NCBI RefSeq assembly: GCF_009914755.1
Contig: NC_060926.1
Strand: one strand, 5' to 3'
DNA from: the human T2T-CHM13v2.0 reference genome, Homo sapiens
Length of the DNA: 64,000 bases
In this document: positions 60,801-64,000 of the stretch, one piece after another
Numbering within the stretch: the first letter of the stretch is position 1
Layout: the number at the start of each line of letters is the position of its first letter
The notes under the pieces: model-generated
Told to the model about the DNA's origin: nothing
Database searches by the model: none
What the model saw: the letters and a program-made list of their open reading frames with translations, nothing else
Translations under genes and position numbers: made by a program

Positions 60801-63800
60801 AAATCTTTGCATTTTTTTCTGCAGGTAGATCATACCGAAAAAAAAAAAGAACCATAAGTAAAAAATACAACCTAAGTTTCTAACCTGGTAGGCCAGATAA
60901 TCAGTTTAGAAGACAACAGCAGTGCCCTTAACATCTGTCTCTCGGGTTTCATAGCTAGTGGCCGGGGTGCAAAATATAGAACACTTCTGGTTTTTGTCCA
61001 CTGGAATCTGATAGCAGATGTCCTCCCCAGATGTCTCACCTCCTGACTCTAAAAGGTAATCCTTTTCTATATAAAGTATTTTGTAAAGCCAGAATCATTC
61101 TCAGCATAGCTTCTGTAGACCACATAGGTAGTCAGTTAATGACACAAGCTTGCTAGTTAGCTGCTTGTTTGGTTCTCATTCCATAAATAGACGTTAAGAT
61201 ACTGATCCTGCCTTTAAAAGTTTCTGGTGATGATTAAAATTTAAACAAAATATATAACTTCTTTATGAATCATGAAACTAAAAAAATGAGTCTTTTTGTA
61301 TGTTATCTAAGAGTCCTGTGTTTAAATTTTAATGCAGACAAACTTTCATTCTTTCCTCCAGTAGGTGTTCTTATGTCCCCTAGTGGATACAGGTCGATAT
61401 GGTGGACGAATGATAGGGCAATACTGGCTAAGTAAAGGTTCATAAATCCTAAATGTCTGCCTTGCCCACATATTTTTCCAAACCAGTACCTTGCACTATT
61501 CTAATTTACCATAAACAAAGAAAACATTAGTATATCTGAACTGGACCACACCTATCTGCCCCCATGTGTGGTCACTGGGCTAAAACATAGTTCTGGCTCA
61601 TGACATATGCATGAACAAATGCACACCAATTAGCTACACATTTTGACCTGACATAATACAAAGGAGTTGACATTTCCACTGTAAATCTCTATTTTTAGAG
61701 ATTTATAGCTTAGTCATAAAAGTGGACTTTAGAAAAATCAAGAGTGCAAACTTTTAGCCATAAGAAAGAATTTTTCCCTTCTAATAAATTAAAACAGTGT
61801 GTAGAAAATCTGATCTGAAACTATGGTTCTGTGTGAGAGAGACAGAAAGAGAGAGACAGAAATAGAGGGAAGGAGGGAGGGAAGGCAGGGAGGCATCCTC
61901 CTGGTGTTCAGAAATTTTGACAGCCATGTTTAAATTATTTGTCTGTTTGAGGAGACAGAGGTTGGAGAAAAAAAGAGTATTAACGCATAATAATAAAAAA
62001 AGGCTTTTCTTCTCCACATGTAGAAAAAAGGCTCTTTCCTAATGTTTCCAGTAGTAAGTTCTAAAGATACATTTTCTCTTCCCAAATACACATACATGTA
62101 TGTGGCCACACATGTAGTCAGATGTGAACTGGCTTCCAGCCCATTATTATTATAGACAGTAAACCTTTCAAATTAGACCTGAGGCTGACACTGCCAGGAC
62201 AGGATCCACATTAATGTGGAGTCAGAGAGTTAATATGGAAAGGAAAGGTTTCCTTTCGCTTCCATGTCCCATCTCTACATAACCATGGCGACAGAGCCCA
62301 GGCACTCCATGTGATCTGCAATGATCCTCCACACCTAGCCTCATGCACTGGTGGCAGTGAAGACCAGGCTGCAAAACTCTGCCTCCCATACTGTTCCTAT
62401 CCCCATTTCCTATTTTATCCATAGTATTTATTATCACCTGATGCACACAGGTGTGTATGTGTGTAAGTAAATAAATATGATTTGTTATTGTATCCTGGTA
62501 CATAGTACGTACTCACTCTAACTGCTGCTTTAATTTTATTTCCTTAAGTACTGGTTTAGTTGAAGATCTCTTTGTCCATTTGCTGGCCATTTAGACTTTT
62601 CTTTGTATTCCCACTTCTTAACACCATGCTTCTTAGTACATAGTAGCTACTCAATAAATTGGGTAAAGGAAGGAAAAACCAGGGACAAATTTCTAACAGT
62701 TCGGCTTTTGGATTCTTCTTGCTGAAGCTGGGAATTTGGTTTAAGAAAAAGAATTGCCCTAAAATAGGAGGAGATACTGGTGACGTGGCATTGCTTGAGG
62801 GCATTACAGCAGCACAATCTCAATTCCTATTATAGAAACGCTTTCTTAGCAGGCATCAATCAACAGCAAACTCAGAAATTTTAAAGTGAAATTTAAGATG
62901 TCCTAACATGTTAAGACTGACCATAGCCATAGGCCCTCCCACTCCAAGCTGCCAAATTCTCATGCCAATACTTTCTGGGTAGGTTTTTAGGTCAATAAAG
63001 AGTTCCTGTTAACTCACACCCTAGTCAGACTAATCTCTGATGCTTTAATTGGAAATGTTTAAGTCTTTCTTTTCCTGGGAACTCAAAACTTAAGCTTCTG
63101 TCGCTTCAAACATGAACTAAAGTACAGCATCTTGTCATACAATAAAAAGATACCAAAGAAGCTGGGAGATTTAGAACCGGTATGCAAAGACACACTAGGA
63201 AGTCCTGACATGTCAGCTCCCAGGTCAAGCCTTATGAAACTCATTTATGGGATGTCATTTACCACAGACAGATTCTCTATCTTATAACTGACATGGTCAG
63301 AAACCAATTAAGCACCTCTAACAGAAAGGTCCAACAGCATACGTTGGTACAGACACATACCTTGATGCAATTAATAGATATGGGAAAAAACTTATATGAA
63401 AATGTTGCCTTTAGACATAATCTTTTCTTTAATGTTCAATGTAGTAGGACTCATTTTCCTGCAATATCTCCCGTTCTGGGAGAATTAGGTGAAACCACAC
63501 CCATTTGACCCACAGACTAACTGTGCCGTGGACAACGGCTAGGTCACAGAGTTAAAGAAAATACAAATTGAAGAATTCTGGAATTTAGAAAAGAGATATG
63601 GATATTACTAACTCCTCTTTACCAGGGAGAGAATCCTACGGTATAGGAACCAAATGTTGGTCCTTAAAGAAACAGCTATATGAGCAAGATCAGGACTCAG
63701 ATAATTCATCTTATTCATTCTCAACCCATCAAGGGAATATTCTATTGGAGTAAATCTCAGCTTAGAACTGACAGTTTATTTTAAGTAAGTTTGGGTTTTA

Positions 63801-64000
63801 AAGTGAATCAGCAACTTATTTCCATTTTAGTTTGAGAGTTTTCTGACACTGAGAAGAAATGGAGATAAGGCAGTCTAGCTACCTTTACATGCCACCCTTT
63901 TATAATATTCTAACAAAATTTCTTTCCTTCTCTGGAGGCAGTAGTGTCTCGTCCCTAAAAGTAAGTTTGTAATAAATATCTACTGTTTTGAATGGCCACA

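Overview
Human or great-ape genomic DNA containing the 3' end of SRBD1 (S1 RNA-binding domain 1, eukaryotic homologue of bacterial Tex) on the minus strand. Five coding exons were reconstructed with canonical GT-AG sites and matching phases: 40834-40940, 39412-39588, 34359-34538, 14174-14358 and 10539-10828, together 312 aa plus stop. By recall these are exons 17-21 of a 21-exon model. The 3'UTR ends near 9910, positions 1-~9900 are 3' flank, and >40941 is one long intron. The rest is mostly interspersed repeat: about 15 Alus, a rearranged near-full-length L1PA7-like element, old L1/L2/MIR, LTRs and DNA transposons, plus a hairpin minisatellite and a purine tract. Most interesting observations: (1) a consensus recursive-splice-site motif (TTTTTCTTACAG|GTGAGT) with a poison/terminal RS-exon candidate in the 20-kb intron; (2) an open ORF0-register antisense ORF in the L1 5'UTR with a phase-0 donor that would fuse in frame to the SRBD1 C-terminal exons; (3) several self-templated insertions inside that L1; (4) a perfect 35-nt tailless U2 snRNA retrocopy with perfect TSDs; (5) inverted Alus flanking exons, giving circRNA candidates. 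No evidence of a wholly new protein-coding system was found. Functional claims are sequence-based hypotheses, and repeat subfamily calls come from recalled consensus features rather than a search.
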